From a virus (taxonomy: Duplodnaviria > Caudoviricetes), in the IMG/VR virus record IMGVR_UViG_3300046710_000261, positions 32,001 to 96,000 of that record: 64,000 nt of DNA. One strand, written 5' to 3'. The translations under genes and the position numbers were made by a program. The notes beneath the pieces were generated by a model. It made no database searches. It was not told where the DNA came from and was given only the letters and a program-made list of their open reading frames with translations. Shown in pieces: positions 30,966-40,857 of this stretch (its first letter is position 1; the number at the start of each line of letters is the position of its first letter).

Positions 30966-31853
30966 CTAATATAACATCATCAATTTATTTTCTACTTTAT
31001 CATACTCATCCAAAAAACCTTTGAATTTATTCCTGCTAAAGAATTTATACATATTACTTGGATTGGGTAATTCGTATGTTTCATATTGGTTCAAAATCCT
31101 CTTTCTTATTACTTGAGGGATTTTTCTAAAATCAACTAAAATTTTATTTGCCTTATATCTTTCTACAAGGTTGTTATCTTCAATCCACTTTTCAACACCT
31201 TCCGCCATAACAACTCGAAGCATTTTATCACCAAATGATGGTTTTCTCTTTCCTGCTGGCCAATCTAAAGGTGTTCTTATATTGAATATATCGTCTTTCT
31301 TCTGCCCCATCAAACATAATTTAGCAATAAATTTTTCTGTATTTTCTTCCTTTATATATGTCTCTTCATTAGGGCAAAACAATTTTACATTTGGCAATCC
31401 TGTCAGTTGAAGAAAATCTTCATCATTGGAAATAATGACATAATCATTCTCTGGTTTATCCATACATAATATAGCGATTATATCATCTGCTTCTGCCGAT
31501 TGAATTTTTATTGTTTTGAACGGCAAATTTTCTCGTAACTCATCTGTAAAATTATTCAATTCATCAAAAAATACTTGCCAGTTGACACCTTTTGTTTTAT
31601 CTCTTTGTATTTTCCTGGATTCTTTATATCTTTTCCAGTACACTTTTCTCCAAGAGATAAAATCATCAACCGCCAGAACTACACCAGAGACATTATTCGC
31701 CTTATATAAAGAACGATATACATTATTGATAATCATGTATTTCCATAACTGGAAGTTTGGTTCCGCTTGTTCCAAACTTACTTCTTTTGTGAAAAATACT
31801 CTGTATACAAGATTGTTGAAATCAACCAAAATTACATTTTTTCTATCCAACAC
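30966..31853 (-). CDS. rnh: T4 RNase H-like 5'-3' exo/flap endonuclease
   Basis: LVDFNN, WRK...YK..R, EADDII, ISNDEDFLQL and GQKKDDI motifs. Confidence 0.9.
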   Translation of the reverse strand: MLDRKNVILVDFNNLVYRVFFTKEVSLEQAEPNFQLWKYMIINNVYRSLYKANNVSGVVLAVDDFISWRKVYWKRYKESRKIQRDKTKGVNWQVFFDELNNFTDELRENLPFKTIKIQSAEADDIIAILCMDKPENDYVIISNDEDFLQLTGLPNVKLFCPNEETYIKEENTEKFIAKLCLMGQKKDDIFNIRTPLDWPAGKRKPSFGDKMLRVVMAEGVEKWIEDNNLVERYKANKILVDFRKIPQVIRKRILNQYETYELPNPSNMYKFFSRNKFKGFLDEYDKVENKLMMLY

Positions 31854-31865
31854 AATATCAAACCC

Positions 31866-32087
31866 CTATTCCTTTGCTTCAAGTCTTTTTTTAAGTTGCT
31901 CTATTTTTTCTTTTTTTGCCTTCACAAGATAATCATCATAGGGCTTCCAATCTCCCTTCCTGCTTTTTTTCATTGTTGCTATATCTTTTTCTAACTCTTT
32001 TATTTGTATTCTTATTCCCTCTTTTTTATCATTGCCTTCATTTAGAAAATTGTCAATTTTTTCGGTTATATTCATTACTTTCTCCAT
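31866..32087 (-). CDS. small coiled-coil protein with capsid-targeting-like motif
   Basis: EKIDNFLNE near the N-terminus; promoter at 32094-32122. Confidence 0.6.
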   Translation of the reverse strand: MEKVMNITEKIDNFLNEGNDKKEGIRIQIKELEKDIATMKKSRKGDWKPYDDYLVKAKKEKIEQLKKRLEAKE

Positions 32088-32135
32088 CCTACTATTATAC
32101 CATAAAACTTGTCAATTGTAACCATCAAATTATTG

Positions 32136-32774
32136 TTATTTTATATGTCTTTTTTGCTTCCCTTCCATATAAACCATTTGATTTGCTCTGAATATTGGAG
32201 AGCCTTTACAGATCATTCCCCAATGCTCATACTTCTCCCCTGTATCGTCTTGATCGTGCCATCTGTCGTTTAATAATTGATAACTTAACCATGTTCTGCG
32301 GGGATCAGATGGGTCTTCAAAATAAAATTTCTGGTCATCATATCCTATTGCCACAACATAATGTCCCTCATTCCATATATCATTATATGTAAATCCTATT
32401 TGATGTCTTTTATCATAATCTGCCCATGCTTGTAAAGTTATTATGACAGGCCAACCATTATCAATAGAATTTTTAAGGTCATCTATTGTCAACCCACTTC
32501 TTGTTTCTACATCTATACCATAATATGTTGCCCCCACAATTAAACTTGTAACGGGTGTCCCATGCTCGGGTGATGATCCTAATTGTTTCATTATCATCTC
32601 TTCTCTCATATCCAAACCATAATATGCCAGAACAGATTGTAATGATAATGCTCCACAGTCATAATCATATGCTTGGCGCAATTCGGGGAAGTCCAAAACT
32701 TTTGCTGTTTTGGGTATTACTCCAACTGCCCCTCCGCCAATTTGTTCATCTACTATATATTTTTTTAGGCGCAT
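32136..32774 (-). CDS. C39-family cysteine peptidase
   Basis: QxxxYDCG, GHYVVAIGYD and FEDP motifs; MRLKKYIVDE N-terminal tag. Confidence 0.88.
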   Translation of the reverse strand: MRLKKYIVDEQIGGGAVGVIPKTAKVLDFPELRQAYDYDCGALSLQSVLAYYGLDMREEMIMKQLGSSPEHGTPVTSLIVGATYYGIDVETRSGLTIDDLKNSIDNGWPVIITLQAWADYDKRHQIGFTYNDIWNEGHYVVAIGYDDQKFYFEDPSDPRRTWLSYQLLNDRWHDQDDTGEKYEHWGMICKGSPIFRANQMVYMEGKQKRHIK

Positions 32775-32777
32775 TGT

Positions 32778-33110
32778 TTATACCGTTATTGCTCTATTGA
32801 TTTTGTTGATAGCATCTTTAACACTATTTACTGTTGTCTTACGAAATTTTATTCTACCTGAAATATATTCTATAATACCAGCATATGAATAGTGGAGTTT
32901 TACATAGTTAGAATTTTCTATTATTCCACTAATCCATTTTTCCTTTGGGTCAAGAGATATAGTTATCAATATTGATGTACGATGTTCCCCACCAAGAGTG
33001 CTTTTATATACCTTGACATAAGGTGCTTTTATTCCTGTTTTCAGTTTTTCTATTGCTGAATCCGCTTCTTCTGGCGTAAATGATTCGGTTATATATTTTT
33101 GTAGTCTCAT
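32778..33110 (-). CDS. hypothetical protein with capsid-targeting-like N-terminus
   Basis: MRLQKYITE; start refined to 33110. Confidence 0.65.
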   Translation of the reverse strand: MRLQKYITESFTPEEADSAIEKLKTGIKAPYVKVYKSTLGGEHRTSILITISLDPKEKWISGIIENSNYVKLHYSYAGIIEYISGRIKFRKTTVNSVKDAINKINRAITV

Positions 33111-33111
33111 T

Positions 33112-33288
33112 TTAATTCCTCTCTTCAATGAGATATTTGTCTACTAATTGGTCTATACTTTCCTTTTTCATCATTGGTTTCATTCCCTTCATTCCACACT
33201 TTGGACAACTGCTTCTATATGATGAAAATTCAGATTGTAATGTATGACCGCAATGACTACATTTAAATTCATTTTTATGTGTTTCCAT
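33112..33288 (-). CDS. 58-aa zinc-ribbon protein with C-terminal DKYLIE tag (not in ORF track)
   Basis: Manual translation METHKNEFKCSHC...CPKC...KKESIDQLVDKYLIEERN; TAATG-coupled to cca. Confidence 0.65.
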   Translation of the reverse strand: METHKNEFKCSHCGHTLQSEFSSYRSSCPKCGMKGMKPMMKKESIDQLVDKYLIEERN

Positions 33289-34730
33289 TATCGTGATTCT
33301 CCATTTTTTACTAATTGATGAGAATAATAGTCTATAATCAGTTTGTCAATTTCCTTTTCATCGGTAATGCCGTGATCTAAAACATATTCGGTTACATACT
33401 TTATTATCTCACCGACCTGTTTCCCTGGTTTCATTCCAGTAAGTTTCATGACATTATCGCCACTTACTATCTTCACCGTATTATTTATGACTTTCTGCCC
33501 AAACTTTTCCTTCGTCTCTATTGCCTTGTTCACGATTTCTTCAAATTCGTGACTATCCATAAATTGCTCACCACGGGATGCCCAGTCTGCTTTAGCAACA
33601 GCAACCAGAACGTCCCAATTCTTATCTGTGGCAATCTTGAAAATTTTGCTTGGTTTCATATCCATTATTTTATGAAACTTCATATGATTAGCAACAGCAA
33701 AGAAAAGTTTTTCTTTTTCATCATTGCTGAACTTCAATCTATCACCAATCTGGTTGACTAAATCTATACCCTTCTCTTCATGCTCAAGGTATGTTGGTGT
33801 TCCATCTGGTTTTCGAGCAAATGTAATACCCTTGCCTACATCATGCAATAAAATTGCTATATTGATAAGAGGGTCTTTGAGTTTGTTTGCTTTCAATGCT
33901 GATAAAATATGTTGCCAAACATCACCTTCGGGGTGATGTTCTATTTTCTGTTCCATTCCTTTCAGTTTGGTAATTTCGGGAAGTATCAATTCCAATATTC
34001 CCATTTCATCAAGATAGATAAGATACTTTGCAAATTTATCTCCTGTCTGTCCCGCTGCTTTCCATATTTCGTCCTTTACTCTTTCCACAGAAAGTTTCAA
34101 TATGTTTGGTGCTAAATCTTTAACTGCTTTGCTTGTTTCGGGGTCTATTTCTAAATCAAATCTGGATGCAAATCGCGCTGCCCTCATCATACGAAGATGG
34201 TCTTCACCAAATCTGTCTCTTGGATTTCCAACAGTTCTCAAAACTTTATTTTTTATATCCTTCTGCCCGTCAAAGTAGTCAATGATATTTCCATCTTTAT
34301 CAACTGCCATTGCATTGATAGTGAAATCTCTTCTTTTTGCATCTGCTTCAAATGACACAGCGACCTTCACGCTCTCGGGTCGTCTGCCATCGAGATATTC
34401 TCCATCTTCTCTAAATTGAGCAACTTCAAAACTATGCCCCTCTTCTCTGACAACTACTATACCAAAATCTTTTGATTTACCTATGTCATATGTTTTGTAT
34501 AGTTTTTGAAGTTCTTCAATGGGCATGTTGGATGCTATATCAATATCATGTGGATCTATGCCCAAGATAATATCTCGCACACTTCCGCCCGTTATGTATG
34601 CTTCATAACCTTTAGCAGTAATTTTTTCTAAGACTTTGATGGCGGCACGGAGCATAGAATTAGATTTGACATATGCTTGCCATTTTTTGAGTTGTTCTGC
34701 TTCAAATAGATAAAATCGTCTGAAGTCCAT
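33288..34730 (-). CDS. cca: class II CCA-adding tRNA nucleotidyltransferase with HD domain
   Basis: GGSVRD, DIDI, RRDFTINAM, EDHLRMMRAARF, HHPEGDVWQH and LLHDVGK; flexible loop DGEYLDGRRP; lacks the PAP signature. Confidence 0.9.
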   Translation of the reverse strand: MDFRRFYLFEAEQLKKWQAYVKSNSMLRAAIKVLEKITAKGYEAYITGGSVRDIILGIDPHDIDIASNMPIEELQKLYKTYDIGKSKDFGIVVVREEGHSFEVAQFREDGEYLDGRRPESVKVAVSFEADAKRRDFTINAMAVDKDGNIIDYFDGQKDIKNKVLRTVGNPRDRFGEDHLRMMRAARFASRFDLEIDPETSKAVKDLAPNILKLSVERVKDEIWKAAGQTGDKFAKYLIYLDEMGILELILPEITKLKGMEQKIEHHPEGDVWQHILSALKANKLKDPLINIAILLHDVGKGITFARKPDGTPTYLEHEEKGIDLVNQIGDRLKFSNDEKEKLFFAVANHMKFHKIMDMKPSKIFKIATDKNWDVLVAVAKADWASRGEQFMDSHEFEEIVNKAIETKEKFGQKVINNTVKIVSGDNVMKLTGMKPGKQVGEIIKYVTEYVLDHGITDEKEIDKLIIDYYSHQLVKNGESR

Positions 34731-35359
34731 TAGTATATAAACTCCCCCACCTGATGAACCGTTATATTAAAGGTGCTAAAAAGAATGAGAACTTCTTTCA
34801 GGCATTCATTCTTTCCACCACCACAAATATAAGACCCCTGCCATTGCTTTAGAAAACCAATATTTATTTCTCCTGGAAGAAAAATGGGTTCACTATACCA
34901 GACACTACTTTCTTTACGCCATGGTGCAATATGTTTTGGTGTTCCTCCAGATTCGGCATCTAAATTGGGTATTGCTTTTCGCCAATCTTCTTCTTCTATA
35001 TCTCTGGAATCGGTAACTCTTTTTTCCAGCATAAAACGAATTGCTTTCTTCAATGTTCCTGGTTCTATACCTATATCCATCCAGCCCCGAAAGAAACCAT
35101 ATCCCTTATCTATATATTCAGCATCTTCTACTTTGGCTTCATTCATATCATAATCATATAACCAATTTTTTATTGAGTCTTTATTATCTTCTGAACCAAC
35201 GGTTTCCCCATTATAGAAAAACAGAAGATTTCGCTGAACATTCAAAAATTCAACAAAGGCATTCATTTTAAAGTGAATATATTTTTTATATTGAGGTTGA
35301 ACGTCAACGATGATAACATTATTTGTTCTCTTATCTGAAATGAATTGTTGAAGTCTCAT
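34730..35359 (-). CDS. isochorismatase/cysteine-hydrolase-like protein
   Basis: VIIVDVQP and CGGGKNECL; MRLQQFISD N-terminus. Confidence 0.55.
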   Translation of the reverse strand: MRLQQFISDKRTNNVIIVDVQPQYKKYIHFKMNAFVEFLNVQRNLLFFYNGETVGSEDNKDSIKNWLYDYDMNEAKVEDAEYIDKGYGFFRGWMDIGIEPGTLKKAIRFMLEKRVTDSRDIEEEDWRKAIPNLDAESGGTPKHIAPWRKESSVWYSEPIFLPGEINIGFLKQWQGSYICGGGKNECLKEVLILFSTFNITVHQVGEFIY

Positions 35360-35360
35360 T

Positions 35361-35585
35361 CTACCACCTTGGCATTTTGCCTGATGCTTCTTTCTTCAAA
35401 TAATCAATGGCAAATTTCATTAATGCCTTATTTACACTTCTTGTTCCTGGTGGATGAAGGATTTTGTTCATTCTCGCAAATATTTCATCAAGTTCTTCAT
35501 CTATTGCTTTTTTTATAAACTCTTTCTTTTCTTCGTCCGATGCTTCAACTTCATCATATTCTGTTAGATATTTGTTTAGCTTCAT
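35361..35585 (-). CDS. small protein with capsid-targeting-like N-terminus
   Basis: MKLNKYLTE. Confidence 0.6.
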   Translation of the reverse strand: MKLNKYLTEYDEVEASDEEKKEFIKKAIDEELDEIFARMNKILHPPGTRSVNKALMKFAIDYLKKEASGKMPRW

Positions 35586-35642
35586 TTCACTTCCTTTTTC
35601 GAAAATGCATTCACAGCTTTTAGCACTTTTATTATTTTATTA

Positions 35643-35942
35643 TTATTTCGTTGGAGTTGTCGTTGTTGGTTGTGATAGTGTACCGCTTGCTACACCATTT
35701 AAGAATTTGTAGCCGAATTCTGCTCCTGCAACAGACAAACCACCAATGATCACGAAATGCACCCAATTAAACGGTGTTGTATTGTATCCTGTTTCAGCAA
35801 GGGCCAAAAGAACAGTTATAAGACCAGCCGCCGGCTGTACTGCCCAACTTGGCAACCATTTCTTTATATATTGAGTAACTAAAATCGTGAACGACCCGAT
35901 TTCCAATATAGCATTAATATCTATAAAACTTGGTAGTGGCAT
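35643..35942 (-). CDS. multi-TM membrane protein, possible holin
   Basis: About three hydrophobic segments and VTQYIKK motif; same region as the GH108 endolysin. Confidence 0.45.
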   Translation of the reverse strand: MPLPSFIDINAILEIGSFTILVTQYIKKWLPSWAVQPAAGLITVLLALAETGYNTTPFNWVHFVIIGGLSVAGAEFGYKFLNGVASGTLSQPTTTTPTK

Positions 35943-37525
35943 TTTATCACCTCACTATACTTTCGATTTAATCTTTGATATAATATTCTCAATAAAAGTC
36001 TTTGCATCCCCTGCCAATTGAGAACTGATTTTCTCTAAATCTGGAATAGTATCTAAAATCAAATGATTTTTTATTGTTTCGATCTCTGCACCAACTGTTA
36101 ACCATTGGTTGTCAAAATATGTTTTGACTGATTTATTTTGAAAATAGTTGACAACAATTATTATAACACCAATTACACCTACTGCTCCCAAATATAAAAG
36201 TTCCATTGTATTTCCCTCCTACAATTATTTTATGTGGTTTACTACATTGTTAATATAATCACTCTCTCCTAAAAGGTCAAATTATTTTACTTTTCTCATA
36301 TAATTTCCATCTTTTGTTCTTACCCAAAATGGACGGTTATATCTTGTTTTCTGCATATATTGAGTTATTGCATCACTTGACTTAAATCTCAATCTCTGTC
36401 TGTCTGCTCGCAAATTGTTATAAAAATCATCTGTCTCTACATCAAATACAGGAAGATCTTGTTTCATACCATCTGCAAAAATATCATCTACATCTGTTGC
36501 AATCTTTCCGGGCTCAACACTTCCCTTATCATGTGTCGCCACCGTCGCGTCTTGCTCCGGTGATGTTCCTGTTCCATATCCTAATTCACCCATTTTATTT
36601 TCCTCCAATTCTTACATATCTATCATGAAAATCTGCCAAATCTTTAGCAGTATGTTCTCGCCTTCCGATCTTCTTCTTATCTTTATCTTTTGGTTTCTTT
36701 CCGAAGATTTTTTTAACAGTATCTTTTATTCCTTCATTCGTGCTTCCTAATAAGAATTTTTCTATTTTTCTTTCTATTGTTTCACTCACTCCAAATATTG
36801 GGTTGTCTTCATATATTTCCTTTACCAATTTCATGATTATCTCATGAACTTCATCTGGTGTCTTAACCTTATATTCATCTACCATACTGGTTAATCGGGC
36901 AAGGGCCATCCAATATAAACGAGCACTCTCGTCCCCATTTGTGGCTAAATCGCCCACAATCTTGAATGTCATGTTTTTTATCTCTTCTGTTATAATCATA
37001 ACTACATTCTTTTTATGAGAAATACATCAACAAGATAACTAAAATTGTTCCTACTAAACCTAATCCCAACATATCATTATCTCCTATAAATAAAATTTAT
37101 AAATCAAACCAAGTGCTACAAAAAGAATTATCGTTCCGACTAATAGTAATAATGGTTTACTCATTTTTCCTGTTTCTCCATTGTAATAATATTTTTTATA
37201 TGTTTCAAAATTCTGCCGATGATGCCTATCTTTTCATCTTTAGGCGCATCGTCTTTTCTGATTTCAATCCAATGACCTATCTTTGATGGATTATGGGGCC
37301 TAAACACATTTCTCATCATTCTGTATCTTACTCTCATTTGTGGATTTGCTTTAACATAATACCATAGGAGAGCAGACCTAAATCCTCTTCTCTTCATTAT
37401 TTCAGCAATAGCATTGAACTTTTCTGCATATTCAGGCGGTTCAACTTCCTCTGGATGTTGTAATTTATCCAATAAAAAGAACAAACAAAAATCTGCAAAT
37501 TCTGATGCTGAAAGTGTAAGTTTCA

Positions 37526-38062
37526 TTATGCCAATCCTTTTATATGTTCTGGTCGAACCACTTTAAAAAATTCTTCCATATCAAAAAATTCTGCTCTAAT
37601 TAAATCTTTATAAGTTACTGTAAGGCTTTCTGGTAATTCTATTTGTTGACTTAATGAATTTACAGTAATAACATCAACTGCCAGAATTATATTCTTACCT
37701 TTCTTTTTAAATATCAACATTCCTCTTTTTTCTGCTTTAGTTGCATCTCTTGTGCATTGCTTCCAAAACTCTTTTATTTCATCATTCTTTAAACTTTTAA
37801 AATGTTTCCAGAAATCTGCTTGCGGGTATCCAGTTTTTACTTCAATGCTGAATTTATCAGTCAAAAATTCTGCTTCTGGTGCTAACGAAATTATATCTCC
37901 CGAAGTATTTTCTCGTTCTTTTGATATTGTCTGTAATACACCAGAGCTTGGTGAACGCCAATATAAATAAGGCGATTCTTTGCCTGATACCCACTTTGTT
38001 AAAATCTTTGCAATCTTCCGTTCAAATTCACTACCTTTTGCTTTACCATTTGACATATACAC
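37526..38062 (-). CDS. Holliday junction resolvase-like PD-(D/E)XK nuclease
   Basis: GKAKGSEFER, RSPSSG, GDI, SIEVK and WxQ motifs. Confidence 0.8.
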   Translation of the reverse strand: MYMSNGKAKGSEFERKIAKILTKWVSGKESPYLYWRSPSSGVLQTISKERENTSGDIISLAPEAEFLTDKFSIEVKTGYPQADFWKHFKSLKNDEIKEFWKQCTRDATKAEKRGMLIFKKKGKNIILAVDVITVNSLSQQIELPESLTVTYKDLIRAEFFDMEEFFKVVRPEHIKGLA

Positions 38063-38065
38063 CTC

Positions 38066-38413
38066 TTAATCGTGTCTTTCAGAACTTTTTTCTCTTTTTA
38101 TGGATATTATCTTGAACCCGTGTTTGGTCAATTCATCTCTCACTTCTTTTTCTGTTTTCCTTCCTGTTCTTGTGTCTTTCAGCTTCTGCCCGTATTTATC
38201 TTCATATTCTACTTTCCAATCAGGCTCTTCTTTTTTCTGCTCTGGTTTTTCTCCCTGTTCTTTAGATGGTTTGTATGTTGACCTGGAAGCCGCTTTAATT
38301 GCACTATGACTATATGGGCTTCTTTTACTTCCAGAATATGTTGCTCCTCCTCTTCCACCACGGGGCTTCCAATCTGCTTCGTTCAAATATTTTTCTATAA
38401 TTTTATCTATCAT
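38066..38413 (-). CDS. basic protein with capsid-targeting-like N-terminus
   Basis: MIDKIIEKYLNE. Confidence 0.6.
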   Translation of the reverse strand: MIDKIIEKYLNEADWKPRGGRGGATYSGSKRSPYSHSAIKAASRSTYKPSKEQGEKPEQKKEEPDWKVEYEDKYGQKLKDTRTGRKTEKEVRDELTKHGFKIISIKREKSSERHD

Positions 38414-38422
38414 AATATTCTC

Positions 38423-39016
38423 CTAAAAATTTACATCTTGATATGAATTTTCATCGGCATATCCCAATTTTGTCCACATTTCATCTTCTGCTTTTGAAAG
38501 TCCTTTATATGAACCCATTTTTTTACCATCCATATAGAAATCGACTTCTTTGCCATATTGATGAAATGGTGAATCACTTACCAGTTCTATTAGATGCTTT
38601 CTCTTATTTCTATCATATAATTCCTTGAAATTTACATATGGGTCATTACTTGAATATTTTCTTTCCTTGAATGCTTCTCTTCCTGGCATCCAAGTATCTT
38701 TCGATCTTCTCTCGCATAGTAGAAATTTATTCATTCTTATTGTTATATCTTCCTTTTTGACTTTCTTGGGCTTATCTGTTGCGTGCATACATTGAGGGCA
38801 AAGTTCTCCGCGAGGCCACCTATTAGGGTTGGCCTTATCGCCCAATGGTGTATCGGGCAAATTGGGATCGGGCACAAATATATCTTTCATTAATCTCTTA
38901 CACTTCTTACATCTTTTAGGCCCAGGATCTTTATTTGACAAGTCTTGGAAACTGGAGATATCATCTACCGCGCCCATAAATTCTTCGTTTGTCAACATAT
39001 GCTTTTCTCTATACAA
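38423..39016 (-). CDS. Zn-binding hypothetical protein with internal NKFLLCE motif
   Basis: CKKC..CPQC; KKEDITIRMNKFLLCE. Confidence 0.55.
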   Translation of the reverse strand: MYREKHMLTNEEFMGAVDDISSFQDLSNKDPGPKRCKKCKRLMKDIFVPDPNLPDTPLGDKANPNRWPRGELCPQCMHATDKPKKVKKEDITIRMNKFLLCERRSKDTWMPGREAFKERKYSSNDPYVNFKELYDRNKRKHLIELVSDSPFHQYGKEVDFYMDGKKMGSYKGLSKAEDEMWTKLGYADENSYQDVNF

Positions 39017-39248
39017 GACTGTCTACATCCTTATCATACATTACTTGTTTAGTAGTCATCATTTTCTTTAAGTCTTCAAGATGTTTTCGAAAAGAGTCAA
39101 TCTCCACCTGAATTTTTTTCGGAACAACTACATTATTGAATTGTTCTTCCTCATGAAAGAAAGTGGATATATCCTTATCTGAATTGGGATATGTGAAATT
39201 GAACTCCGCACTACTCAATTCTTCTTTTAAAAACTTATTTAATCTCAT
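39009..39248 (-). CDS. small protein with capsid-targeting-like N-terminus
   Basis: MRLNKFLKE. Confidence 0.6.
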   Translation of the reverse strand: MRLNKFLKEELSSAEFNFTYPNSDKDISTFFHEEEQFNNVVVPKKIQVEIDSFRKHLEDLKKMMTTKQVMYDKDVDSLV

Positions 39249-39262
39249 ATGTAAATCTCCTA

Positions 39263-40129
39263 TTATAATCCATATCTTGCTTTCGTTGCATTGTAAAGTT
39301 GTTCTCTGGTCATTCCTGAATAAGTTCCATAGGCGTTAAACCAAAGTGTTTCTCCAAGAATACCATCTAAAGATCCTGTCCCCGCAGGTGCTTGTGCTCC
39401 TATATAAAATAATTGTGAGTTTGGCTCAGAGGGAGTATATAAAGTACCCGCTGGAACGTCAAGGGCTACTCCATCAATAGAAATAACCGCTCCAACATTT
39501 CTGTCAATTTCGTACCCAAATAAACGCCAACCTGTTATTGAAGTTGGAGTATTACTTACAAAATAACGAAGTCCTGGTGGTGATGGTGCTGGAAATATGT
39601 TGTTTTCCGCAAATACAGCACCTGTAGAAAAATTAGGAGCCATAAACATAAACCCGCCTGATAATGATGGGGATGAGAATGGAAAAATATTAAACAAAAT
39701 CTGGGAACTCCCATTATTCGTAAGATTTGCCCAAAAGAAATAAGCAAAGTCACTGGCTCCAAATTGTAGAGAAGGAGCAAGGGGTACTGAAACATACTTC
39801 CCAGTTGTCCCATCAAATTCTAAACCTAAAAGTCCAAATGTAGCCACATTGACTGTTCCATTATTTCTATAACTAGAATGATCTATTGCTGTCCCATCCC
39901 AGTAAGCATGATAGAGAACACAATCCGAATCTACTGGAAGATATGGTGAAACAATAATTTGTTCCAATTGATTATGAACAATTTCTTTTGCCAATATTTG
40001 ATCATTTCCAGAAAGCCCACTAAGATTATTATGAATAATTTTATCAGCTAAATCTTTTTCATTTGCTGGAACATTCCAAATATTATTATGAATAATATCA
40101 TCTGCTAAATTTTTATTTGTATATGACAT
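39263..40129 (-). CDS. LamG/concanavalin-A-like domain protein with three N-terminal repeats
   Basis: DHSSYRNNGT, LEFDG, FFWAN, IDG and IGA..G.LGE pattern; repeats LADDIIHNN/LADKIIHNN/LAKEIVHNQ. Confidence 0.7.
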   Translation of the reverse strand: MSYTNKNLADDIIHNNIWNVPANEKDLADKIIHNNLSGLSGNDQILAKEIVHNQLEQIIVSPYLPVDSDCVLYHAYWDGTAIDHSSYRNNGTVNVATFGLLGLEFDGTTGKYVSVPLAPSLQFGASDFAYFFWANLTNNGSSQILFNIFPFSSPSLSGGFMFMAPNFSTGAVFAENNIFPAPSPPGLRYFVSNTPTSITGWRLFGYEIDRNVGAVISIDGVALDVPAGTLYTPSEPNSQLFYIGAQAPAGTGSLDGILGETLWFNAYGTYSGMTREQLYNATKARYGL

Positions 40130-40330
40130 TTATTCTTTCTCCCTGCACGTTGTGCATTTTCTGTTTGGCTCGTCTGGATGAAATGATTGAAATGTTTTTC
40201 CACATCCAGGACATTTTACTTGCTTTGATTTTACTGCTCCCCGATTTTTTATTGCTATCATTGAACCTTTAGACATTCTTGGTTTCAATCCTTCTATTAA
40301 ATATTTATCTATTATTTTGTTTATATCCAT
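40130..40330 (-). CDS. zinc-ribbon protein with capsid-targeting-like N-terminus
   Basis: MDINKIIDKYLIE; CPGC..CTTC. Confidence 0.6.
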   Translation of the reverse strand: MDINKIIDKYLIEGLKPRMSKGSMIAIKNRGAVKSKQVKCPGCGKTFQSFHPDEPNRKCTTCREKE

Positions 40331-40857
40331 ATTATTTGTCCTTTTTTGAACATCATATATAACCTGAAATATATTTCCCACTGGGTTCTATTATGATTTA
40401 CTTTCAGATTATCTTTCAGGCATAGTGTAATTAAATTGTTTGGATGGCAATGTCTCTTATTATAATCAATATGATGAACAATATTTCCATATTCCATACA
40501 AAGTTGACAAGTATAATTGTCTCGTTCACGAATTTGAGTTTTTAATTTATGGTCAAATTCTTGTGGATATTCATCAAAAGAAACGCCACCTTTCCAATTT
40601 GAATTATTTTCTCCTTTTGTTTTTTCTTTCATTAATGCTGAATGTTCGGGTCTTTTCTTTCCAAAAAATGGATGTTTTTGCCCTATTCTTTTTTTATTTC
40701 TTTCCGATACATCAGGTCTTTTCTTTCCTGTATTCCATGGGATTTGTCCTTTATGAGCAATGCTTAAATTTTTTATATGCTCTTCTGAAAACACTTTCCC
40801 CATATGTGCTATACTTAACTTTCTTTTATGCTCTTCTGTCACTATTTTCCTTCCCAA
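40321..40857 (-). CDS. NUMOD3-HNH homing endonuclease
   Basis: Repeated EEHxxxLSIAHxG, NWKGG, RERDNYTCQLC, VHHIDYNK and NLITLC. Confidence 0.88.
   Translation of the reverse strand: MGRKIVTEEHKRKLSIAHMGKVFSEEHIKNLSIAHKGQIPWNTGKKRPDVSERNKKRIGQKHPFFGKKRPEHSALMKEKTKGENNSNWKGGVSFDEYPQEFDHKLKTQIRERDNYTCQLCMEYGNIVHHIDYNKRHCHPNNLITLCLKDNLKVNHNRTQWEIYFRLYMMFKKGQIIWI

Noticed and set aside
33288-34730. Poly(A) polymerase call for the nucleotidyltransferase
   Set aside because: Lacks the [LIV][LIV]G[RK][RK]F PAP signature and has the CCA flexible loop plus HD domain
37085-37092. T4 late-promoter box TATAAATA
   Set aside because: Lies on the plus strand facing away from the minus-strand genes; I could not confidently define a late-promoter consensus by eye in such AT-rich DNA
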